From: Rhizophagus irregularis
Taxonomy: Eukaryota
Length of the DNA: 64,000 nucleotides
Assembly: GCF_026210795.1 (NCBI RefSeq)
Contig: NC_089430.1
Span: 3,968,001-4,032,000 of the forward strand
Direction of reading: 5' to 3'
In this document: in pieces, positions 42,193 to 53,500 of the stretch
How positions within the stretch are numbered: position 1 is the first letter of the stretch
Layout of the letters: every line of letters starts with the position of its first letter
Program-made: the position numbers and the translations under genes
The notes under the pieces: model-generated
Told to the model about the DNA's origin: nothing
What the model saw: only the letters and a program-made list of their open reading frames with translations
The model's database searches: none

Positions 42193-42684
42193 CTATTCAA
42201 CTTTGTTTTTTCCTTCTTTTTCTAATCCAAAGAATTCCTTTAGACATCCAATGACAAGATCATGATCTTCCGTATGTATCAATCCACTAACAGTAATTGA
42301 TCCTACGACACCAACACCTTTAACAATCAATGGAAAAGCACCACCTTGTGCCACGTATTCTTTTTCATCAACAAAATATATTTCTCCTTTTTGCTGGCTT
42401 AAATATTCTCCTACATAAAGAGAAGAATGACGGAATTCACTAACGACATTACTTTTTTTCCTTGCCAATTCTACATCTGCTGGTGATGTTCCAGGCATAG
42501 AATAGTGAAATAAAAGATGTCCATTAAGTTTAATAGAAATTACTACAGGAATTCCTTTTTGTTGAGCAGTTTTGATAATCAAAAGACCAAGTTCTAAAGC
42601 AATTGTTGAATCAAAAGCAAGAAATTGGAAGTCTTGTTCTTGTTGTAAAAGTTGTGCCGCCGTTTGAAGATCTGAAGCGGCCAT
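42193..42684 (-). CDS. DUF336/UPF0303 (GlcG/HbpS-like, putative heme-binding) protein, intronless
   Basis: QEQDFQFLAFDSTIALELG...RKKSNVV..FRHSSLYVG...GGAFPLIVKGVGVVGSITVSGL..EDHDLV. Confidence 0.85.
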   Translation of the reverse strand: MAASDLQTAAQLLQQEQDFQFLAFDSTIALELGLLIIKTAQQKGIPVVISIKLNGHLLFHYSMPGTSPADVELARKKSNVVSEFRHSSLYVGEYLSQQKGEIYFVDEKEYVAQGGAFPLIVKGVGVVGSITVSGLIHTEDHDLVIGCLKEFFGLEKEGKNKVE

Positions 42685-42936
42685 TGTATTATTTTCGAAT
42701 AAAAACAAATAAATACTCCCAAACATCCACAATCGTTTTTATATTTGGCAACTAAGCCACTATATGCTGTGTTACATTTAATCTTTATGAAAATTTTAGC
42801 AGATTAGATTTTCTCTTGTTCTGCCTCTTACAGTATGAACCATTTCGTTCTTCGTCTTTTACAGTTTCGAAATTGTCTTGGAACTCGCAAAATTTATCAT
42901 CATAATAATTTTCAACCATATTTTCTCACTTTAACA

Positions 42937-43575
42937 ATGAATTATTTCTTTTCTTCAAACACTAAGTCTGTTCCTTCAAATATTTGTTACCATATCGTAA
43001 GTTAATAATAAAGTTTTACGTAATTTCTTAACTGACTTTTATAAATCCTTTTATTGTAAATTTAGGAAGGATTTATCAATTGTTCATATTTTAGTGCTGC
43101 AGTAGAATTAGGTTATAAGTTGAAAGATCCTTCTTTTAACAAAAATGCTGATACACGTATTCAAGTTAGCGTCGACGCGCATAAAAAGGAAACCGTAAAT
43201 ATGTTTAATAAAATTATTTACTTGATTTTCTTTAAACACTAACTTCTTGAATTTATTGAATGATCACGAAATCAAATTAAACAAGTGGAGCGACAAAATA
43301 AAGGACCTTCATTCGGTAAGTTATTCAATTCTCTGTGTCGGTGTATATCTGTTTGTTTTCACTCATTTATTTTATTTTTTCTTAAGCTAATTCCTAAATC
43401 AAAAAATCACACATCATCTCCCTTAATTTATGAAGGATGTAGCCCGGGTAAGTATGAATTTATTGGAGGATATTCGGAATTTGTGAAATTAGTAAGAGCA
43501 AGGCACAAGTTAAATATGCAAAATGATATTAAAGAAGGTGGTAGAGAATGTGTGGGTGATGTTTGTAAAATATAG
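42937..43575 (+). CDS. small glutaredoxin/thioredoxin-fold-like protein, 4 predicted exons
   Basis: Spliced reading MNYFF...YHI|EGFINCSYFSAAVELG...KET|WSDKIKDLHS|LIPKSKNHTSSPLIYEG...FIGGYSEF...CVGDVCKI*. All junctions are GT-AG and in frame. Confidence 0.6.
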
Positions 43576-43900
43576 TTGATTAAAATAATTACACTAAAAA
43601 GCTAAAAAATGGTTCAAATTACAAAAAATGCATGTAGTTTATTCAAAATAAATCCAAATTTTTATTTAAGAGACAATAACCTTGAATATCAGGGTTACTT
43701 CTTATGATTTTAATGCTTTATTACTTTTGAGAATTAATTGCAAATGTTGGATTTTTAAAGAAAAATCATAATGTAAAATTTGTAAACTAAAAGTGAATGC
43801 AGTACTTTATTAAAAAAACATTATTATAATTTTTTATGTTATTATATATTTTGGTTTAAAGTTTTAAAAAATATATTGTTTATATAAGTAGTGTACTACT

Positions 43901-44960
43901 GGCCATCACCTGAAATTCGAATATGTAACGTTGATTTTCCTGGAATTAAAATTTCCCGTTTAATGTAAAATGGAATAATATAATTTAAAATGTTTGTTAT
44001 ACGTCATTGTCCACCTTTTCCTACTGATTCCAACATGTTAATGACAATGGTATTATCTATAATATCTGGGTTTTCTATAATTAATACAAAATCAGTTGGT
44101 TGTAGCAAATCAACAAGTGTTAATGGAATCATTTTTTTCATTTCACTATTTATTTTTTGTTAGATATTATATACATCTCCTTCACGTGGAATATTTGGTT
44201 TAATTTTTGCTATAGATCGATATGCTTCTCTAGAAACATGTCCCTTATCCAATGATTTAACTACTACTTCAATTCTTTTTGTTTTTTTAACTTTATCTAA
44301 TTGCCCAAAATTAACACTATACACATCATCATTGCAAGTTTGAAATGTTACTTGCTTAAGTTTTATTTTGTCCGTCTTATGAAATGTATTTTCTTTTTCT
44401 GATTCAACAACATTTAATATATGTTGTGATAGGCCTAATATTTTGCGTCATTTTGTAGTGTTACTAAGCTTAGTAAGTGGACGAATTTTATCTAGAGATA
44501 TTGTTTTACGTATTTTTTCAACACTTGATAATTTAAGACCAAATAATAAAGAGCCAGATATTTTAGTAGTACTACCTTCTTTAAACTCCTAATAATTTAA
44601 AATAATTTTAAGTATTTGCAATAAAAAAGTCCTTTAATAAATATTACCTGATAGTATTTGCAAGCAGCATCCATTGAAAATTCTGAGGATTGTACTTCAC
44701 TTGTAAAATTTGTACCAAAACAAACTTTAAATAAAGGTTTTGACTCCACATATTCAATTGAACATTTACAACATAATCCGCTTTTTCATATTTAGTTTTA
44801 ACAACATAATTATGAGGAATTGGATGTTTTAATTTTTTAGTATAACAAAGTTGTTTACCAAGAGGATATGTTCCTTCTTTTATAATTTTGTAATGGAAAG
44901 TTCTTTTGCTATCAAATATTTAATGAAAGGACTTTGTGGATATATGCTTTCTTCTTTCAT
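43901..44960 (-). pseudogene. degenerate, truncated transposase-like gene
   Basis: Reads ...LESVGKGGQ*RITNILNYIIPFYI...LHIRISGDG and then breaks off. In-frame stops and frameshifts. The GDG motif resembles a first catalytic Asp of DDE transposases; family uncertain. Confidence 0.5.
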
Positions 44961-45429
44961 TTTATTCAAATTTTAATTGTTATGATTTTTAAAAACTTTT
45001 TATGCTAAACATTTTTTATTTTTATTTTTATTTTTCATAACGATGAAAAATTTTTTTTTCCATGAATATTTTTAATAGAATAATGCAATACCACATGTAA
45101 AATATAAATAATCATCATCTCATAACTTAATTAGTTAAAGTTTAAAAATAGATTACTAAAATAGTATCGTCTCATTGCTAAATTGGTTAAATTGATGCTA
45201 ATTATAATCTATATAAATAAATACGAAATAAACAAATATGAACTTTCACAATTTTTGAATTTTTGTGATGTACAGTCAACTCTCTTTATAGTCACACATT
45301 TGGAACAGTCCATATTTGGTGATTATAAAGAGATGTGACTATATAAAAAATTTCTTATATTTGTATATCATAATTCCGGCCAAAAATTAACATAATTTTA
45401 GCCAGAATTATACTTAAAACTTTATTGTA

Positions 45430-45952
45430 TCGTAACTCCGCCAATATTAATCGTAGAGAGATGATCTTACCGCCATTCGATTCGTCTTGATGAGACGGTT
45501 CTAATGGTATAAAATACGTCGAAATCCAATCACTAGATTAATTTCCGAAATTAAAAAAATATTAATGGTTTTTGTGTAATAACTCTGTCAATATTGATCC
45601 TAGAAAGACGATCTTACTACCATTCGATTCGTCTTGATAAGACGAATCTAATGGTGTAAGATACATCGAAATCTAATCACTAGATCAAATTCCGAAATTA
45701 AAAAATATTAAATGGTTTTTAAGTAGTAACTCCGTCAATATTAATCACAGAGAGATGTGCTTACCACCATTCGATTCGTCTCGATGAGGCGATTCCAACG
45801 AGCTATAAATCGTCTTTTTACAATCACTAGGTACCGAGAAATCTAGCAAAATGTTAAATGGCGCAGTAAACGTAAATCAAGAAATATTATAATGCCGATG
45901 TTTAACATTTTGTTGAATAACTCGTCAGCCAGTGATCGGAAAAGGATAAAAA
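45430..45952 (+). repeat. ~147-bp tandem units each with a hairpin motif; the fourth unit continues at 57273-57330
   Basis: ccattcgattcgtcttgatgagacg...aatggt-type motif at ~45473, ~45620, ~45767 and ~57276. Confidence 0.8.
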
Positions 45953-46692
45953 AAAAAAATAAAACTCTCTCCCGTTCTGCTCACTTGACAATATTTACGA
46001 AAAAATAAAAAATTTTTTCGGAGTTTTTTATTACTTTTTCTTTATAATTTCTTTATTTTAGATAACTACTACGACACTTTACAAATGGGTAAAGATAACA
46101 AAAAGAAAAATAACCAGTCTAACAAAGATACTACATCTAAACGTCCTGCCTCTAGCTCTCCAACCGGCAACGTTTCTGGTCAAGGTTCCTCTATGTCTGG
46201 CCCTTCGAACACTCCACCTTCGACCACCTCTACTAATAAACGTACCAGAGTCAGTGCTGAAAACTCTGTCATGGATGTTGATAAACCTCTCACGCCTCCT
46301 GGCCCTGTTGAGACAACTTCCGCTGAGATACCTTCTCAACCCGATACCTCCTCTCTCGATGCTTCGCAACACGCCCCTGCTACCAACAACGATAAAGGCA
46401 AAAGCCCTGAAATTACTCCCGCAGTCTCTTTCCCTGAACGTGCTGCCTCTCCGGACGCGTCCCAAGCTGCAGTACAATCTCAACCTACACTTTTCTACGC
46501 CTTGGCCGCTCCTAATGACGTTGATGGCTTTTGGAATCATTTCGCTTCGAACCACGACGCGTGCGACGCGGTTGATCGACAACTTTTCTTGTTCTCCTCT
46601 TATGGTAGTCGTGCCACGTGTAGTGGATCCAACGATTTGAAGAGGATCATCGTCCACTTCCGAAAAAAGGAAGATCTTGACAACGCCACAGC

Positions 46693-49119
46693 CAGGGACG
46701 ATGATTCTATGCAATCACATAATTTCACGTTAAATGCATAATTATGCGATAAATGCATAATTTAAGTTGATCGCATCATAAAATCACATAATTTAAATTA
46801 TCCCATATCAGAGCGCATAATCCGCAGTAAAACATATTTAATTTGCTACGGATTATCAGTTCGATCATCTTTTTTTCTTTCGCAATGCCAAAAAAACAAA
46901 AAACCTCATCAGTTTATACTAGATGTAATGAATATAAAGATATTTTTCGAGTAGATGACAATGTTCTCTTTTGCAATCATTGCAATATTTCTATAGACTG
47001 GAAGCGTAAATCTACTGTAGATAATCATTGTAAAAGTCAGAAACACGTTTTTAACGTAAGAAGTCAAGAAGAAAGCCAGAATAAAACACAACAACTTACC
47101 CTTTCATCTACTCAGGCAGTTTCAGAATCAAAAAACAACTTATTGAAGACCTTATAGAAGCGTTTGCAACAGCAGACATTCCTCTTGAAAAAGTCAATTC
47201 ACTACTTCTATTTTTTAAAAAACACGTTAAAAATGGAGGTTCCATTCCTCAAGCTCCTACTCTCAGACAAAATTACCTACCTAGCGTTTTTGATAAACAC
47301 TTCCAGTCACTTAAATTACTTTTTGATTCAAAACCTGTGGCTATAATTATGGATGAAACTACTGATGATTGTGCTCGGAGTGTTGTCAACACCCTTTTTT
47401 GTTATCATAATGAAACAAAATTAGTTTCAGTTGATTTTCTTGAACGTGTAAATAATACCACAATGGGACAAGTTCTCACAACCATTCTTACTCACTTTAA
47501 TATATCCTTCAATTTGCCATGCCTATTTCTTTCAGATTCAGCCGCGTACATGAAAAAATGTCATCGTGAAGTTCTGTCTCCATTAATGCCTCAGTTAATT
47601 CATGTGCCGTGTTGTGCACATATTATAAATCTTATCGGGTATGTAAGCTGCTGGTAGACATTATTTTTATTGTAAGAGGAGGCGAATTTCATCATAATAA
47701 TAATTATGGTTACATAGTGGTCGATATTTTCTTTTTTCTTTTTAATTATTTTGCATTAATTTTCTTGTTTAAAGTGTTTGTACAATCTAATATAAAAAAG
47801 TTCTAATTAATAAAAAAGGATTTGTTCTTTTCTATATAAAATTAAAGGGATATGTGGAGAACATTACCTCAATTTAATACTTTAAAATGTTTTTTGGATA
47901 AAATTAAAGAGGTTTTTGTTAATTCTCCTTCCCGAAGAGGACGATACCTGGCTTATTTAAAAATGCATGGAATTCCCTCACCATGCAAAATTCCTTTATA
48001 TAACAAAACGCGTTGGAACTCTTGGTTTCGGATGGTTTCATATGCAAAGGATCATATTATCTATTGGCCTTCTTTTTTTAAAGAAGAATTCAATAATGAT
48101 AAGAAACACAACACTTTGGCTGCTATTAATTCTTGCTTGGAAAATGAAAAGGAATTGGGAGTCATTACAATTTACCTTAATTTCATTTCCTCTTATGCTA
48201 AAGAATTTGTTCAAGATCTTGATTTTTTCCAACAATTAAAAAAACCTGTTTTTCCTTTTGTAGAATTACGCCTTCAACAACTTACTGCATATATCGAAAC
48301 ATATAGGAATTCAAATGATTTTGGTCTTTTCTTAGAAAACTTAATTAATAGTCTCCGATTTAATACACATGAATTCTATTCCATTTTTCGAGCAGCATTT
48401 GAAGCAGCTTATAAGTCGAAGCTTCACTGCACATATTCCTAATCATCCAGCTCGGCCACTTTTCTATGCATGTCAAGTATTTGATCCCAAATTTATTCAT
48501 TTTGGAGATGCTTTACGAAAAAACATTCGACAGTATAGTATAATTAAAGAATTTGACAACCTATCGGATGAATTATTACGAGAATGGGGAATTTATTGTG
48601 GATTAGATAACGAATTTTTAAGTGAAATGGAATTGGATCGATATTGGGAAGATAAGGCAACACAACTGCCAATCCTTTCTAATATTGCAATGGATTACAT
48701 TTGGCTGCCGATTTCAAGTTGTACCGTTGAACGAAGTTTTTCTATGTATAATTCTCTTTTAGACAGTGATCGTCAAAACCTGTCTCAAGATTCTCTTAAA
48801 AGATTAAGTATGATGTACTTTAATGGTGCTAAAATTTAGAAGAATTGGGATTTAAGGAATAGGGATTTAAATTTACGCAATAACACTTTTAAATAAAGAA
48901 TAAATGAAATTCTAATTATAAATAATATTTTTTTATATACAAAAATTTAATTTTTTTGATTTTTACTATAATAAAACTGCGCATAATTTTACATAATTAT
49001 AAATTTTGGTGCATAATTTGCACATAATCGTAAAAAAAATATGCACCTTAAAAATGCATATTTTGCTTTTGTTGCATACATAATTCATGTTTTATTGCCG
49101 CATAAAATCATCGTCCCTG
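46693..49119 (+). mobile_element. hAT DNA transposon (2.4 kb) inserted in LINE ORF1
   Basis: TIR cagggacgatgattctatgc / gcataaaatcatcgtccctg (19/20). Perfect 8-bp TSD gccacagc (46685-46692, 49120-49127). Subterminal gcataat repeats. Confidence 0.95.
46885..48839 (+). pseudogene. hAT transposase of the CGGBP1-like type; one intron, two apparent frameshifts
   Basis: LFCNHCNISIDWKRKSTVDNHCKSQKH zinc finger, IIMDETTD, SDSAAYM, CCAHIINL, TRWNSW, PISSCTVERSFS. Frame breaks near 47135 and 48415. Confidence 0.88.
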
Positions 49120-50595
49120 GCCACAGCCTCCCCTATGGATTCTTTGTTTGGCTTGCATTTCCATGCATATGATCCCCAGGCTATTAAGGCTGCTGAACAG
49201 CGCGCGTACCTACCAATTGGTTACCGATATACACAACTAACCTGACGGCTTCTTTTGCGTGGTACCTTTTCTCGTTACGGCAATATTACTCGTTGCCATA
49301 CCCGTTTATCTAAACTTTATCATACTGCATACATTACGTTTGAATCTACTAGTGCTTTACAGAACCTCAACTCTACCTGGGGCGTCCTTTGTGGAGGACA
49401 TTGTTTGCGAATCTGCCCCGCTACTTTCTCTCCTGACCAACGCGCTGAAAGACGCACTTATGTTGCTTTACTTGCCGGTCTTCCGCGTGGTACTATATCG
49501 GTCGATCTTGCTGAAATTGCCGATGAAATTTCCGCTAAATCTATCAATGTTCCCTTCTCTATGAATTCTTACAATCCCAAACCCTACGCCTATTGCCATT
49601 TTGCCTCTGAAACTGCTATGGAAAATGCTAAATCTATTTCATGTGCCCTTAAGAAAAGTTGGGCCTTACCTGGCATTCTCCGGATGAAGTCACTTCTCTT
49701 TGTCATCGATGTGGTCGCTCTAATTGTAACCCTGATCGATGTGGTTCTTCATCTAGACCTAATCGCTCTTCTCGCCCTTGGCAATCTAATGATAAATTAC
49801 GTGCTTTATATAACAAGCATCTACCTCCTTCTCATCCTGCTAAACGACATAACCGTTTTGCCCGCCCTGATAACAATAATGATGGACAAAGCCGTACCAA
49901 CGCTTCTCGCCATCGTTCTAAATCCAGACCTAATAACCGACAACAATCTCGTTCTCGCTCTCAACATCGGCCATGGAATCGCGACAACCTTAACAACAAC
50001 AATAATAATCAACGTCGCGGTATTCCTGATGCAAATGAACTTGATCACTATGCTGATGGCATGGATGTTACATACCCTGCTCCTCCTACTGTGCTTACTG
50101 ATTGGAAATCTATTGGTGCTGCTCTTGAAAAAGTAGTTGAAGAATTAGCCCTTCTTACCACACAATTTGCTTCTATGAACAGCCGCATCACTAATTTGGA
50201 ATCTGCTATGGCTGCTCGTACTCCTATTCCTGGCCCCTTTGTCACTAAACCTCCTTCCTACATCCCTTCCTCTATGCAAGGATGGGATGATACAGTGAAT
50301 CGAACTGATAATAATATCCTCGTTGATGTTAATTCTCCCCCTTTGCAATCAACAAGTGGTTTTTCCCCGATTCCTCATTTTGCTCCCATTCCACCTTCCA
50401 ACGTCGCTCCTTCCTCCCCTATTGATATGGAACAGCGTCTCTCCTCTCTTTCCGATACTGTTGCCTCTTTGGCTGGCTCGATTAAAGAAGGAATCCAACA
50501 AAACAACCTCATCTTAGCTCGGCAACAAGGCCAAGCTAATCAATAATTGTTCTCTTTTTCCCCCTTCTTTATTACCGATTTATCAGTGTGTAATA

Positions 50596-53500
50596 ATGTT
50601 GGACAACAATAAACATAATTTTTCCCCTCACCCCTCTCCCCTTATCAAATTTGGTCAATTAAATGTTAATGGTTTATGTTCTCCAGTTCGACAACAACAT
50701 TTGCTTAATTTTTTTCTTCACTCCTCTTTTGGTGCTTTATCTATTAATGATACGCGTCTTTCCCCTTCAAATGCTAAATTTATTTTTAAAAATGAACACT
50801 CCCAACATCACTTTAAGTCCTATTGGGCTTGTTCATCCTCTTCTTCTCGCCCTCATGATGGTGTTAGTATTTTGTTACGTAATCCCCTTCATAAACATGT
50901 TCAAACAATTGATCCTTGGAACGGTCGACTTCTTAAATTAGATTTGTTCTTTCATCAAACTAAAATTTCTATTATTTCTATATATTATCCCCCTTCTGGT
51001 TCTGTTCATCAATCTATTTGCAATGATCTTATTGCCAAACTTCTTTCTTGGCTCGACTATGCCCGAGCTAATAATTATTTTGTAGTTATTCTTGGCGACT
51101 TCAATGCTGATGTAATCGCTCATTCTAATTATTCACCTAATCATTTTAAGCTTCTTCGCTTGCTTTCTTCTCGGTTTTTTACCGATCATCAAGCCACTCA
51201 CCTCTACAAATGGTCCTGATCCCACCTTCTTTCATGATAATGGATCTTCGAGACTGGATTATATCTGGTCTTCACCTGGTTTCCCTGCTCCTGGTCTTTT
51301 TTCACAAGTGGTTACTTGCCCGGGTCTTCTTGATCGACCTTTTACCGATCACAAAGTTCTTACAACTGTTTTTGACTTCAGTTCTTGCCTGGCTATCTTG
51401 GCTAAATCTCGTCTTAAACAAAAAAAAAAATTGCGTACTATTTTCTCTTACGCTTCCACTTCAGTTGAACAATGGAATAATTTTACCACTGAAGTAGATG
51501 ATTCTCTTGGAGTTTATTTAGATAGACAATATCACCCTAATTTTGATTTCTCCTCTCTTTCTCTTGATCGTATGTGGCATGCATTGAAAGCTGCCATAAT
51601 TAGTGCTGCAATTGAAACTTTACCCTTTCAAAAAGTCTCCAATACACACCGACATTCGTACTCTCCTGAATTAACTAAACTTATTGCTATTAACAAGTTT
51701 TTAGATCGATTTTTATATCGCCTTACTACTCGTCGTTCTAATCGGCCTATTCAGATTGCGCAAATGACTGCCGCTTTGCCCTCCCATCTTGAAAATCTTG
51801 CATCCTTACTCCCTGATTACTCAGTTCCTACCTATTCTACAACCCCTGCATCTGTATTTAAATCATTTTTACGATCACAGAAGAATTTAGTTTCTGCCTT
51901 TTTATCTACTAAATTCGCCCAACACCTTACGGACTCAGTGGAATATTATACTGCACTACGTGACGAACACTTTTTGAACTCGCTCGGCACCTTTATAGAT
52001 TCTGCCTTATCAGTAGAAAAACGTTCAATTGTTCTTGACCGTGTTTTGGTCGTTTTGGACTCTACTCCTACTCTTTTAACAGATCCTTCGGATATTAAAC
52101 AAGCTGCTATTTCTCATTTTCAATCAATTGTTTCTCCTCCGTTGACCCGTTACTCTTCCATCATTTCATTTCCTGCCCGATGGCAACAAGCTTACACTCC
52201 TCTTGCTAATGTGTCTGCTTCACTATATAAAATGCTGCACAGTGACGCAGGGGAAGAGATCCTGTTTTGGCGCCTATTTCGCTATGAAATGGTCTACTGT
52301 GATTTCCTCCATGCCAAATAACAAAGCTTCCGGCCCTTCAAAAATTTCTTATGAGATGATTAAACATCTGTCCGGTGAAGCCTTGGATTTCTCTCTTTTA
52401 TTGGCCAATACCTGCCTTTCTCGCGGTGATATTCCTGCTGACTGGCGTGAAGCTGTGGTTTATCCTATTCCTAAACCTCACGAATTTGATGCTCAACTTA
52501 AGAACACTCGACCTATTACTCTTCTGGAAACAGTTCGAAAATGTGTAGTTAAGGTCGTCACGAATCGTCTCTCCAACATTCTTGCTGATAATAAAGTTCT
52601 CCAAGGTGGTAATTTTGCTGGCTTACCTGGTGGTTCTACTGATGTCCCTATCAAAATGCTTGATGCGATTATCCATCAACATAAACACGACTCTACTGAT
52701 GATCAGGAACTATGGATCGTTTCTCAAGATATCTCTAAAGCTTTTGATTCTATGGATTTAAATATGCTTAAATTAGCTTTAGATAGGTTACATATCCCTG
52801 CACTTTTAGTGCGATTTATTTTAAATCTTTTTACACGACGAAATAATAAGATAATTACTTGTCATGGTGATACAGCTGCTTATAGAGTACGTGTTGGTAT
52901 CGATCAAGCAGAAATCATTTCCCCTCTTCTTTGGGTTATTTATTTGGATCCTTTACTCACTGTTTTGAATCAAGAAGCACGAGATCCTTTTATTTTAAAA
53001 TCTTCAGCTCTTTTAAATTATTCTCCACTTGAATTTGAACAACATTCTTTACCAATTTCACATTTAACGTTTATGGATGATTCTACACTTATTGCTTCTT
53101 CAAAATCTGGAATAGAAGACCGACTTTCTATTACTGCTGAATTTTATACTTTAAATAATGTTCAAGCTAATTCAGCTAAATATGTTCTTCTTTCATCTTC
53201 TTCCCCTTCTTCAAAGATTATTTTTGATCTTACACCTTCTTTTTTAGTCTCTGATTTGTCTCTTTCCCTTTCCTCTTTATCTTTGCATGCTTCCTTTCGC
53301 TTTTTAGGCGTTTGGTTTTCTTTATCCGCCTCTTCTGATTTTGTTCTCAAACAAGCGCGCTCCATGGTTAAAGATATGGCAGCTCTCCTGGGACCGAAGA
53401 AATTATTAGCACAACATGTGGCCTATCTCTACAATGCTGTCCTTCTTCCGCGATTGGAATTTCGTCTTCAAACTACCCTTTTCTCTGAAAGTACTATTCA

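Larger units (their letters stand above)
46085..50546 (+). pseudogene. LINE ORF1 (gag-like: RRM-like segments, Cys knuckle CHRCGRSNCNPDRC, coiled coil), split by a hAT insertion and frameshifts
   Basis: ORF 46085 reads to DLDNATA, is interrupted at 46693-49119, and resumes SPMDSLFG. Continues in ORFs 49255 and 49659. Confidence 0.8.

Noticed and set aside
45430..45830. CRISPR-like array of palindromic repeats
   Set aside because: The 'spacers' are homologous to one another, the period is ~147 bp, the context is eukaryotic, and there are no cas genes.
46079..46714. 211-aa antisense ORF and other overlapping ORFs in the LINE (e.g. 49821, 50048, 53162, 54534)
   Set aside because: Shadow frames of the LINE ORFs with no independent motifs.
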